From: Acidobacteriota bacterium | GTDB lineage: Bacteria > Acidobacteriota > Blastocatellia > Pyrinomonadales > Pyrinomonadaceae | DNA length: 61,189 bases | Direction: 5' to 3' | NCBI GenBank assembly: GCA_046726395.1 | Contig: JBKPAL010000145.1 | Coordinates: 1 to 61,189 of the forward strand | Part shown: in pieces, positions 34,734 to 42,941 of the stretch | How the letters are laid out: every line of letters starts with the position of its first letter | How positions within the stretch are numbered: position 1 is the first letter of the stretch | Made by a program: the position numbers and the translations under genes | The notes under the pieces: model-generated | The model's database searches: none | What the model was told of the DNA's origin: nothing | What the model saw: the letters and a program-made list of their open reading frames with translations, nothing else

Positions 34734-35408
34734 CTAGCTGAAGTACCTGAAACCGACGCGTAGAAGATCCGTGAGATGTAGGGGAATAGTCAACGACAGG
34801 GTCAAGGAAATGATGCTGTGAGAAAGGGCCAACGCAAACAAATTTGGTTGCCGCTGATAAATCCACGCCCAAACGAATCCACCCGCCAAACTTAGACCGA
34901 CGAGCAATGGGCTGGGCATATGAAGCACGCTGAAAATAATCCCTACTAACAGTGCGCTCTTCCAACCAACGCCCAAAACGAGTTGAGCTCGGCGGTTTAG
35001 AAATCCCTGCAGGCCGTACTGCTGAAAGAGAGCCCAAAACGGAGCGAGAAGCAACCGGGATCGGATCGGTCTTAAGGAAAAATTTCCAGAGCTGAGTTGC
35101 CAATTGAGTACCAAAATCACAACCACCGCAACAGCTGTCGGCAATATGAGCAACCGAATGGCAGCAGCAAAATTGTCAAAACGAAATCCGATTTCACGCA
35201 AGCTCTCGTGGCGTACACGATGCGAGAACAGCATCAGACCAATAGCCAGAAAGATCGGTATTGCGCCGATAAGCCTTGCTCCTCCGGCCAGGGTTTGGAT
35301 GGCCCATTCAGCAATCAAAGCAGATGTGACTACAGAGACTATTTCCCAAAGAGCAAGTCCTTTAGACAAAGACTCATTCGTAATGTCAGTTTCGTTTCTC
35401 GCGATCAT
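34734..35408 (-). CDS. CPBP (CAAX protease/Abi) family intramembrane protein with substituted motif 1
   Basis: Multi-pass membrane protein. Motif 2 FSVLH and motif 3 SHSII are present. The usual EExxxR motif 1 position reads FQQYGLQGFLNRR. Confidence 0.62.
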   Translation of the reverse strand: MIARNETDITNESLSKGLALWEIVSVVTSALIAEWAIQTLAGGARLIGAIPIFLAIGLMLFSHRVRHESLREIGFRFDNFAAAIRLLILPTAVAVVVILVLNWQLSSGNFSLRPIRSRLLLAPFWALFQQYGLQGFLNRRAQLVLGVGWKSALLVGIIFSVLHMPSPLLVGLSLAGGFVWAWIYQRQPNLFALALSHSIISLTLSLTIPLHLTDLLRVGFRYFS

Positions 35409-35851
35409 TTCGCTTCTAAAATTCGGCCGTTCTGATCCAAACTGAAAAGTATTGGATCACCGAGTAGCTGTAGCGTTTGCTTGGTCCCACTCTCCGTCAA
35501 CGCGTACACTCGCGCTTCATGAACCCCTTTCTCCATTGCCGTGATTGGAAAGCTGAATCCGTGCCAATCGTCTGCAGCCCAACCCGCTGTGCGAACATCT
35601 GGTCTTGACTGATTGGCAATAGCGCTCGCTACGAATTTTCCGTCTATGAAGAGTTGCACCTCAACACGCGAGGTGGGGGAAGAACTGTCCACTGCCCATC
35701 CGGCGATTCCGTCACGAGTAACTTCGCCCCAGCCTTTGTAGTACGGTGGAAATGCGGAGAAGAAGAAGTAGATGGCCAAAGAGCCTACGAGAATCGTCTC
35801 AGCAATTGATTTTCCCAGTAAGGCATGGACCAACTTAAGTTGAGGAATCAT
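35405..35851 (-). CDS. Hypothetical membrane-anchored protein with an extracytoplasmic beta-rich domain
   Basis: Has an N-terminal TM helix followed by GWAVDSSSPTSRVEVQLFIDGKFVASAIANQSRPDV...GFSF, a module I recognise only generically. Its 3' end overlaps the start of the CPBP-like gene by 4 nt. Confidence 0.4.
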   Translation of the reverse strand: MIPQLKLVHALLGKSIAETILVGSLAIYFFFSAFPPYYKGWGEVTRDGIAGWAVDSSSPTSRVEVQLFIDGKFVASAIANQSRPDVRTAGWAADDWHGFSFPITAMEKGVHEARVYALTESGTKQTLQLLGDPILFSLDQNGRILEAK

Positions 35852-35908
35852 GTGGTGGAGTTAGAAAGCGACCTTACCCTCTCATGAAGCAAGCAAACGG
35901 ATTCGCAG

Positions 35909-37681
35909 TTAATGATCTGCGGCTGCAGGCAGACTGTTCGGCGGAAAAAGATTTGGCCAGAGTGTTCGAAAGCGCTCTCTCACCAGCGTCTCGACATCAT
36001 CCGCTGTCGCAAACGACAAACTCTCATTGGCAATTTGCTTCGCGTCGTTGGAATTTATTGCAGCGAGCACGTTTCGAACTCGTGGAATCAATGAGGGCGT
36101 CATACTCAGCTCAACCGCTCCTAAACCAACCAACAAAACAGCGTACGCCGGCGTGGACGCCATCTCACCGCAAACAATGGCCTGAATATTTGCGGCGCGC
36201 GCTGCCTCGAGACTCCGATTGATTCCAAAGAGTACGGCGGGATGAAGGGTGCGAAACCAATCGGCAACTTCCTCGTTTCCGCGATCGACCGCTAGCGTGT
36301 ACTGAACAAGATCGTTTGTGCCGAGTTCAAAAAAGTCTACCTGGCTTGCAATCTTGTCCGCGGTGATCACAGCAGAAGGTATTTCAATCATCGCACCGAC
36401 TCTGACAGGACCAGGCTTAACGCCTTCGGAGATTAGTTTTATGCGTTCTTGATCGAAGAGCTGCTTTGCTCTAAGGACGTCAGCTACATCTGCCACCATT
36501 GGCAACACCACATCGAGCTTACCTGCGGCAGCAGCCCGCAGAATCGCTCTCATTTGCGTGCGCATTATCTGATCGTGATATAGGCCATAACGAATTGCGC
36601 GCAGTCCTAGTGCCGGGTTTCGTTCAGAATCCTGTTGCACATCGCCGCGTCTCTCGCCGCCCAGATCAAAGAGTCGAATTATCGCGCCGTCCTGAGCGCC
36701 AATCTCTGCCAACTCTACGTAAGCCTGGTACTGCTCCTTTTCAGAAACCATGCCACGGCTTGTCAGAAGAAATTCGGAGCGATACAACCCGACTCCACGA
36801 GCACCATACTGCTTCACGCTCCCGAATTCCGCGGGCAACTCAACATTTGCACGCAAGGTTATCTCTACTCCATCAAGCGTTCGCAGCGGGCCTACTGAGA
36901 TCTCTTCGGCTACTCGGGTTCTTCTCGGAATGGATCTCTTGGATTTGTATTGCTCGACAGTTTGTTGAGTAGGGTGAAGGATAACCTGGTTGTGGTTCGA
37001 GTCAACGATGATCGTGTCGCCAGTTCGCGCTCTTCGATAGAAGTCGCGCAAGCCAACGACGGCTGGAATTCCCAACCCACGAGCAATGATCGCCATGTGT
37101 GAGGTCCACCCACCACTGTCAGTAGCAACTGCCCGTGCGTAATCGAGGTCCAATTCAGCCACGGCCGAAGGCAGTAACTCTTGAGAGACGATTACTGCGT
37201 CCTCGGAAAGATCTTTATGCTCGGGCCGTTCTCCGCTTAGCGTAACCAGCAGACGTTGCACGACGTCTTCAATGTCCGAACCGCGCTCACGCAAGTAGTC
37301 ATCCTTTATTTCGGAGTAGACGGCTAGCAATCGGTCCGAGACTACTTTAAGCGCCCATTCAGCGTTGGAGTGTTCTACACGAACGTAGTGCTCAACGTCG
37401 TTGATTAACTTTTCGTCTTCAAGCATTAGCAGGTGAGCATCGAAGATGTAGGCATGGTCCTTTCCCAGTTCTTTCTCTGCCCGTTCTTTGATCGTCAACA
37501 ACTGAGCTCGAGCCGATGCGACCGCTGTGTGGAAACGTCGTAGCTCGGCATCTAACTCGGAACCATCTATACTGACCCGGTAAACATAACGAATACCGTC
37601 GTGCATTCGTAGCACTCGGCCTACCACGATGCCTTCCGAGACGCCAACTCCTGTGCAACGAATTTCTTCGGTCTCAGTCAT
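35909..37681 (-). CDS. ptsI: Phosphoenolpyruvate-protein phosphotransferase (PTS enzyme I)
   Basis: Has the active-site His context GGWTSHMAIIARGLGIPAV and the C-terminal PEP-utilising TIM barrel blocks (GLYRSEF, IGTNDL). Confidence 0.93.
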   Translation of the reverse strand: MTETEEIRCTGVGVSEGIVVGRVLRMHDGIRYVYRVSIDGSELDAELRRFHTAVASARAQLLTIKERAEKELGKDHAYIFDAHLLMLEDEKLINDVEHYVRVEHSNAEWALKVVSDRLLAVYSEIKDDYLRERGSDIEDVVQRLLVTLSGERPEHKDLSEDAVIVSQELLPSAVAELDLDYARAVATDSGGWTSHMAIIARGLGIPAVVGLRDFYRRARTGDTIIVDSNHNQVILHPTQQTVEQYKSKRSIPRRTRVAEEISVGPLRTLDGVEITLRANVELPAEFGSVKQYGARGVGLYRSEFLLTSRGMVSEKEQYQAYVELAEIGAQDGAIIRLFDLGGERRGDVQQDSERNPALGLRAIRYGLYHDQIMRTQMRAILRAAAAGKLDVVLPMVADVADVLRAKQLFDQERIKLISEGVKPGPVRVGAMIEIPSAVITADKIASQVDFFELGTNDLVQYTLAVDRGNEEVADWFRTLHPAVLFGINRSLEAARAANIQAIVCGEMASTPAYAVLLVGLGAVELSMTPSLIPRVRNVLAAINSNDAKQIANESLSFATADDVETLVRERFRTLWPNLFPPNSLPAAADH

Positions 37682-37970
37682 CGACCTTCACTTGTTGTTC
37701 TATTTCGCCGAACGCATTGGCGAACAGCCCATCCAGAGCGGCCATTGCCTCAGTTTCATCATGACCATCCGCGATCACGCGCAACTTTGTTCCCCGGCTC
37801 GCAGCCAGCATAAGGACACTCAGGATCGACTTCGCATCTGCGGTCGCGCTACCGTCAAGGCGCTCAATGCTCAAGCGACTTTGAAAGCCGCTTGCTATTC
37901 GTACGAGTCTCGCCGCAGCGCGTGCATGTAAACCTAACTGCCCTTTAACTGTGAGGATCCGCTCAATCAT
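37674..37970 (-). CDS. ptsH: HPr family phosphocarrier protein
   Basis: His-15 context GLHARAAA and Ser-46 context DAKSILSVLML are both present. 98 aa. Confidence 0.9.
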   Translation of the reverse strand: MIERILTVKGQLGLHARAAARLVRIASGFQSRLSIERLDGSATADAKSILSVLMLAASRGTKLRVIADGHDETEAMAALDGLFANAFGEIEQQVKVDD

Positions 37971-38430
37971 CCGTCCGAGATCCTTTTTCAGGTGGTGTCA
38001 AAAGTTCGCCGGCGTTGTAGATCCCTTGCCGTCCCTGTTCACAGACCCGATGTGCTATTTCGTTGAGTGACTCTTTGCCTGACTGGCTAGCGAGCTTAAT
38101 CACCATCGGCAGGTTCACACCCGTAACCACTTCGACTTTGCCTTCCTCCAAAAACATGGAAGCGATATTCGTAGGGGTTCCGCCAAACATGTCCGTTAGA
38201 AGCAGTACCCCGACGTTCTGAGAAACTCGACTAATGGCCCGTTGCACTTCGTCTCTAGCTGCATCGACATCATCGTGCCAGCCGATTGAGACTGCAGTAA
38301 TGTAAGAAATTGGGCCAATGATCATCTCCGCAGCAGCCAGGAGTTCTCCGGCTAAATGACCGTGCGTGACGATGACACCCGCAACCTTCCGGGATTCGTC
38401 AGCTGAACTTTGTGAAGCGGCATTACTCAT
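37963..38430 (-). CDS. PTS EIIA component, mannose/fructose (EIIA-Man) family
   Basis: VIVTHGHLAGELL (phosphorylatable His) and LLTDMFGGTPTN blocks are present. Confidence 0.85.
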   Translation of the reverse strand: MSNAASQSSADESRKVAGVIVTHGHLAGELLAAAEMIIGPISYITAVSIGWHDDVDAARDEVQRAISRVSQNVGVLLLTDMFGGTPTNIASMFLEEGKVEVVTGVNLPMVIKLASQSGKESLNEIAHRVCEQGRQGIYNAGELLTPPEKGSRTDD

Positions 38431-38463
38431 GCGGTTATTTCAACTTGGCCTATCAGGATAAGC

Positions 38464-39375
38464 TCAACGATGGTTTGATTTTCTCACATCGCGATGACTG
38501 ACGTGGGTATCGAAACCGGCTCGCCTCAGCCTGCGCCCCAAAGCGTTAGCTATCATCACCGAACGATGTCTTCCACCAGTACAGCCGATTCCGACGGTCA
38601 CGTACGATTTTCCCTCGCGCTTATACAGCGGTAGCAGATAATCCAGAAGGCCTGTGAAGCGATCCAACGTCTCCTCTACTTCTGGCTGTGCTCGCAGGTA
38701 TTTGACCACTTCCTTGTTATGACCGGATAGCTTCTTGAGCTCAGGAATGAAATGTGGATTGGGCAAGTGGCGAACGTCGAATAACAACTCCAGGTCTCCG
38801 GGGTTTCCGTATTTGTGACCGAAACTAAGTACTTGCACTCGCATCGCATTGCCCTTGCCGTCCGGACTGAATCGTTCAAGCAACAGGCTGCGCAGAGTGT
38901 GCACGGTGTGATCTGAAGTATCGATAATCTGGTCCGAAAGCGCGCGTATTCTCTTCATCGCCGCGCGCTCGCTCCGAATCGCTTGCAATAGACCCTGCCC
39001 TTTGTCTGCGGGATGAGGACGTCGCGTTTCGCTGAACCGATGCTGCAAGACATCGTCGGAGGCTTCGAAAAAGAGCACGTAGATATTCAGTCCGGTCTTT
39101 CGAAGGCGCTCGAGTTGTTGCCGGAAGCCTGCGAGAAATTCGCCTTCACGAATGTTGATAACCAATGCCGCGCGAGCTATGCCCTGATCGCCTTCATTGT
39201 TTGTTACGAGCCGCGCAAACGTCTGCAGCATGGTTACTGGCAGGTTATCTACACAAAAGTAACCTAAGTCTTCGAACGCGTTGGTCGCTGAAGACATGCC
39301 CGAGCCACTAAGTCCGGTAATGATTACGATGTCAGGAGTTTTATTGGTTGGAGTTGGATTCTTTTGCTTGCGCAC
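38464..39375 (-). CDS. rapZ: RNase adapter / nucleotide-binding protein RapZ (YhbJ)
   Basis: Has Walker A GLSGSGMSSA, the FCVDNLP block, and C-terminal GCTGGRHRSV. Confidence 0.93.
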   Translation of the reverse strand: MRKQKNPTPTNKTPDIVIITGLSGSGMSSATNAFEDLGYFCVDNLPVTMLQTFARLVTNNEGDQGIARAALVINIREGEFLAGFRQQLERLRKTGLNIYVLFFEASDDVLQHRFSETRRPHPADKGQGLLQAIRSERAAMKRIRALSDQIIDTSDHTVHTLRSLLLERFSPDGKGNAMRVQVLSFGHKYGNPGDLELLFDVRHLPNPHFIPELKKLSGHNKEVVKYLRAQPEVEETLDRFTGLLDYLLPLYKREGKSYVTVGIGCTGGRHRSVMIANALGRRLRRAGFDTHVSHRDVRKSNHR

Positions 39376-39437
39376 TCTTCAGCAACCTCAGCAGGACCAG
39401 TGCTGACTAGTTTACTACGACGCCCGGCGAAATCGCG

Positions 39438-39745
39438 GATCAGAAGGCAGAGGTCAGAAGTCAGAGATCAGAGGTCAGAGATCAGAAGTCAGGATCAGAG
39501 GTCAGCAAGAGAGCTCATCGGCTTTGCCATTTGGACTTGAGGAAGTGGCTACGCCCTTCCAGTTAGACTAAGAAAAGTTTTGGGCTTCGCCCTTCTCCGC
39601 GTACTGAGATTCTTAGGACGCGAGTTTAAGCTTGAGAAGGGCGCAGCCCAGAATTTTCTTCACAGTCTTACCGGAAGGGCGCAGCCGCTTCCTCAAGGCC
39701 AAATGGCGAAGCCGAAGAGCTCTAGTGTGACCTCTGATTTCTAGC
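39438..39745. repeat. ~310-nt nested (concentric) palindrome
   Basis: The outer arms are a (R)TCAGAG heptamer array (39438-39506) facing GTGACCTCTGATTTC (39727-39741). The next arms are 50 nt each (39511-39560 and 39673-39722, 5 mismatches). The third pair is ~37-nt arms at 39561-39597 and 39634-39672. The central hairpin CGCGT...ACGCG lies at 39598-39622. Confidence 0.85.
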
Positions 39746-39749
39746 TGAT

Positions 39750-40283
39750 TCAAAGTTCAATCAGACCGTAGTTGCCGTCCTTGCGCTTGTACAAAACACC
39801 AACGCGCTCAGTGTCCGCATCTCGAAATACAACAAACTGATCAGGTTCCGAAGACAGGCGGAGGGCAGCCTCTTCAGCAGTCATTGGTTTAATTGAGTAG
39901 CGGCGCGCAGCAATGATTCGTGGCGGGCGTGGACTCGCTTCGAGATGGCCATCCGGTTGAGGCGCGACAGCGCCGGTGCGCAAACCTCCCTGTTTGCGGT
40001 CGATAATCTTCTTCTTTAGCTTTACTGCCTGTTTCTCGATTTTCGAAATTGCTCGCGTCAGAGCCATGTACATGTCGGCGTTAGTCTCTTTGGCGGTCAA
40101 TGTGTAGTCGCGCCAGTAGACAATTACCTCGCCGATCTGCCGGTTCTTCTCTACATCGATAATCACGTGTGTTGCGGCGGTCGAGTCATTAAAGATGTGG
40201 GCCAATTTCTTAAAGTGGTTCTCAACATGCCTGCGAATTGCCGGTGAAACAACGACGTGTCGGCCCGTGTACTCGAATCTCAT
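39750..40283 (-). CDS. hpf: Ribosome hibernation promoting factor (long HPF / sigma-54 modulation protein)
   Basis: The N-terminal S30AE domain (YTGRHVVVSPAIRRHVENHFKKL) is joined to the C-terminal dimerisation domain (KPMTAEEAALRL...FVVFRDADTERVGVLYKRKDGNYGLIE). Confidence 0.92.
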   Translation of the reverse strand: MRFEYTGRHVVVSPAIRRHVENHFKKLAHIFNDSTAATHVIIDVEKNRQIGEVIVYWRDYTLTAKETNADMYMALTRAISKIEKQAVKLKKKIIDRKQGGLRTGAVAPQPDGHLEASPRPPRIIAARRYSIKPMTAEEAALRLSSEPDQFVVFRDADTERVGVLYKRKDGNYGLIEL

Positions 40284-40311
40284 GAAGACGTCGCCCTCCT
40301 CGATAAATTAA

Positions 40312-40341
40312 AAGAAAAAAGATGGCCCGTCGGCCGGGCCT
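40312..40341 (-). terminator. Intrinsic terminator between rpoN and hpf
   Basis: The minus strand reads GGCCCG-GCCGA-CGGGCC followed by ATCTTTTTTCTTTT. Confidence 0.55.
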
Positions 40342-40393
40342 TGCTCCCGATAGAACTTGCAGGGATTCTGTCTCGTCTCGCTGGACTGAGGGG

Positions 40394-42001
40394 CTAGACT
40401 ACAGCGCGACGTTCGCGCGATCCGGGGATATGCATCTGGTCGCGATACTTTGCGACGGTGCGGCGCGATAGTTTGATTCCGTCTTTGGCAAGTATTTTAA
40501 CTACTTGATCGTCCGTTATCGGATTGTGTGAATCTTCTTCTTCGATGAGCTTTTTAATCTTAAGCTTAATAATACGTGTGGAGATCTCTTCTCCATCCTC
40601 GTTGAGCATGCCTTCCGTGAAGAACCGGCGCAACTCAATCACTCCCTGTGGCGTGTGAGCATACTTGCGATTGACGACTCTCGAGACTGTCGATAAATGC
40701 ATGCCGATGTCTTCAGCAATGTCTTTCAACATCATTGGCTTTATATGTTGCACGCCGTGATCGAGAAAGTCCTTCTGGCGTTTCACAATCGACTCTACGA
40801 CTTTGTAGATCGTCTGGCGTCGATGCTCTATGTTGCGCAGGAGGTCCACAGCTGAACGCATCTTCTCGCGAATGAAACTCTTCGTTTCATTACTGACGCC
40901 ACCCTGGCTCAGCATCTGCTGATACTGTTGACTAATTCGCAAACGAGGGCTGCCGTCGTCAGCAAAATAGATAATGTAGTCCTCATCACCCTCATCAAGC
41001 TTCTCTATATAAATTTCCGGTGTGATAAGAATGGGCTCATCAGACGAGTACCGCCGGCCAGGATATGGATCCAGCGTACGGATGAACTGCAATTCCGTGA
41101 GTAGCTGATCGACGTCCACTCCAATTTGTTTTGAAAGGTGCGGTAGCTTGTGCTGCTGTAGATCAGACAAATGCTCGTTGATCAACTTTGCAGCTAGCCG
41201 GTCTCCTTCTCCGCGCGTCTCCAGCTGGACCAACAAACACTCTCGAACATCACGCGCAGCACAACCGACTGGATCAAGCCGCATCAAGGATTGTCTAGCC
41301 GATTCAACAGTCTCTTCAGACCAACTTCCCATGGCGGCTATTTCCTGATTGCTGGCGTTGAGCCGGCCATCAGCATCGAGGTTGCCAATTACGGCGATGG
41401 CCGCATTGCAGGTGTCCCCTTCGATTGGGCTTAAGTGCAACTGCCATTCGAGGTGCTCCGCAAGAGACGGTGGACGCGTAAGAAACTGCTCGAATGTCGG
41501 TGCGTCTTCTTTGTATTCAACTTCCTGAGTTTTGTAACCGGGATCAAGATAGTCCTGAAACTCACGGCCAAAATCGATCTCTTCAAACGGATCCCTTGAA
41601 GCCTCTTCGCCTACGATCTCGTCACCTATCGAATCTTCGCTGAGATCGCCGGTGTGTCTGTCTAAAGAATCCGGCTCTGCTTCAGTGGTGACCGCCGAAA
41701 TTGCTTCAGCATCGCCGGCCCCATTCGAACCCGCGGTTCCTAGCTCTGGTTCTGCCGGTTCAACTTGTTGCTGTTCGGTCGCACCAGGATCAGAGCTGGC
41801 GAGGTGGTCCAGAATCTTCTCTGCGAGCTCGCGCGCTTCCTCTTGTGTAGTCACCTCCTCGAGCACCGGATTTTCCAGCAGCTGCTGTTGAATAAGATCC
41901 GTCAGCTCCAGGGTAGTCATCTGCAACATCTCGATGCGCTGCCGAAGCTGCGGCGTCAGCACGAGGCGTTGTGATAGGCTGGTGGTAAGCTTTAGAGACA
42001 T
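40394..42001 (-). CDS. rpoN: RNA polymerase sigma-54 factor
   Basis: The N-terminal region I ([20 protein letters not shown]), an acidic region II, the core-binding domain, the HTH and the RpoN box ([12 protein letters not shown]) are all present. Confidence 0.96.
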   Translation of the reverse strand: MSLKLTTSLSQRLVLTPQLRQRIEMLQMTTLELTDLIQQQLLENPVLEEVTTQEEARELAEKILDHLASSDPGATEQQQVEPAEPELGTAGSNGAGDAEAISAVTTEAEPDSLDRHTGDLSEDSIGDEIVGEEASRDPFEEIDFGREFQDYLDPGYKTQEVEYKEDAPTFEQFLTRPPSLAEHLEWQLHLSPIEGDTCNAAIAVIGNLDADGRLNASNQEIAAMGSWSEETVESARQSLMRLDPVGCAARDVRECLLVQLETRGEGDRLAAKLINEHLSDLQQHKLPHLSKQIGVDVDQLLTELQFIRTLDPYPGRRYSSDEPILITPEIYIEKLDEGDEDYIIYFADDGSPRLRISQQYQQMLSQGGVSNETKSFIREKMRSAVDLLRNIEHRRQTIYKVVESIVKRQKDFLDHGVQHIKPMMLKDIAEDIGMHLSTVSRVVNRKYAHTPQGVIELRRFFTEGMLNEDGEEISTRIIKLKIKKLIEEEDSHNPITDDQVVKILAKDGIKLSRRTVAKYRDQMHIPGSRERRAVV

Positions 42002-42032
42002 TACTTGCGTGAACTTTTACTTGCGTGAACTT
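42001..42032. repeat. Perfect tandem duplication of a 16-nt unit abutting the rpoN start codon
   Basis: TTACTTGCGTGAACTT occurs twice (42001-42016 and 42017-42032). On the coding strand this reads AAGTTCACGCAAGTAA AAGTTCACGCAAGTAA-TG, so the last A is the A of the rpoN ATG. Confidence 0.9.
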
Positions 42033-42125
42033 TGATTTTAGCTGAATTGTTTGCGCTTGGTCGCGCGCAGTGATTATAACCGATTCCGGCGGATTTGACT
42101 TCTCTTGCTGTTACATGAGGAACCT

Positions 42126-42932
42126 TTACATCCGGAATTTCTCACCGAGATATAACCTGCGGACTTCCGGATCTTCAGTCAGTTCACCAGGAACTCCTGA
42201 CCGAAAGATCCTACCTTCGGCCATGATATAAGCTCGATCCGTGACGCCCAGCGTCTCACGTACATTGTGGTCCGTAATCAAGATACCAATACCACGCCCA
42301 CGTAAATAAAGTATGACATTTTGAATGTCATCCACCGCTTTTGGATCAATTCCAGCAAAAGGCTCGTCCAGGAGAATATATTGCGGCTCGGTTGCAATAG
42401 CCCTTGCGATCTCAGTTCGGCGTCGCTCTCCGCCGGACAATGAATCACCCCGAACATGTCGCACGTGAGCGATTCCAAATTCCTCTAAGAGTTCCTCATT
42501 ACGTTTCAGACGTTCACGGCGGCGCAGGCCCATCGTCTCAAGGACTGCCAAAATATTTTGCTCTGCGGTCATCTTGCGAAACACTGAAGGCTCTTGAGGC
42601 AAATAGCCAAGACCCAGTCGTGCGCGCAAGTACATCGGCAGTTTCGTCAAGTCACGCTCGCCGAGTTGCACGGTACCGGAGTCAGGCTGCTCGAGACCGA
42701 CGATCATGTAAAACGTCGTAGTTTTGCCGGCTCCGTTAGCACCGAGCAATCCGACCACCTCGCCCTTCTCGACGTGAAGACTGACTCCATCGACAACTCT
42801 TCGCTTGTCGTAAGTTTTCTGAAGCTGCGATGCAGTAAGCGCTGTCAGCGAAGGTTGTCGAAGGGGTTTGTCTGAAGGAGATGGGCGCTTCTCTTCTCGC
42901 GCGGCCGCAAACTCTGGGGCGTGAATGCTCAT
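42126..42932 (-). CDS. lptB: LPS export ABC transporter ATP-binding protein
   Basis: Has Walker [10 protein letters not shown], signature LSGGERRR and Walker B ILLDEPF. It sits between an OstA-like gene and rpoN, as in the canonical lptB locus. The N-terminal ~30 aa may be an over-extension. Confidence 0.88.
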   Translation of the reverse strand: MSIHAPEFAAAREEKRPSPSDKPLRQPSLTALTASQLQKTYDKRRVVDGVSLHVEKGEVVGLLGANGAGKTTTFYMIVGLEQPDSGTVQLGERDLTKLPMYLRARLGLGYLPQEPSVFRKMTAEQNILAVLETMGLRRRERLKRNEELLEEFGIAHVRHVRGDSLSGGERRRTEIARAIATEPQYILLDEPFAGIDPKAVDDIQNVILYLRGRGIGILITDHNVRETLGVTDRAYIMAEGRIFRSGVPGELTEDPEVRRLYLGEKFRM

Positions 42933-42941
42933 GCAGATGAA

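Noticed and set aside
39438-39506. Possible CRISPR array, from the regularly spaced RTCAGAG units
   Set aside because: The units are 7 nt and directly tandem, with no spacers. The array is one arm of a palindrome, and no cas genes are present.
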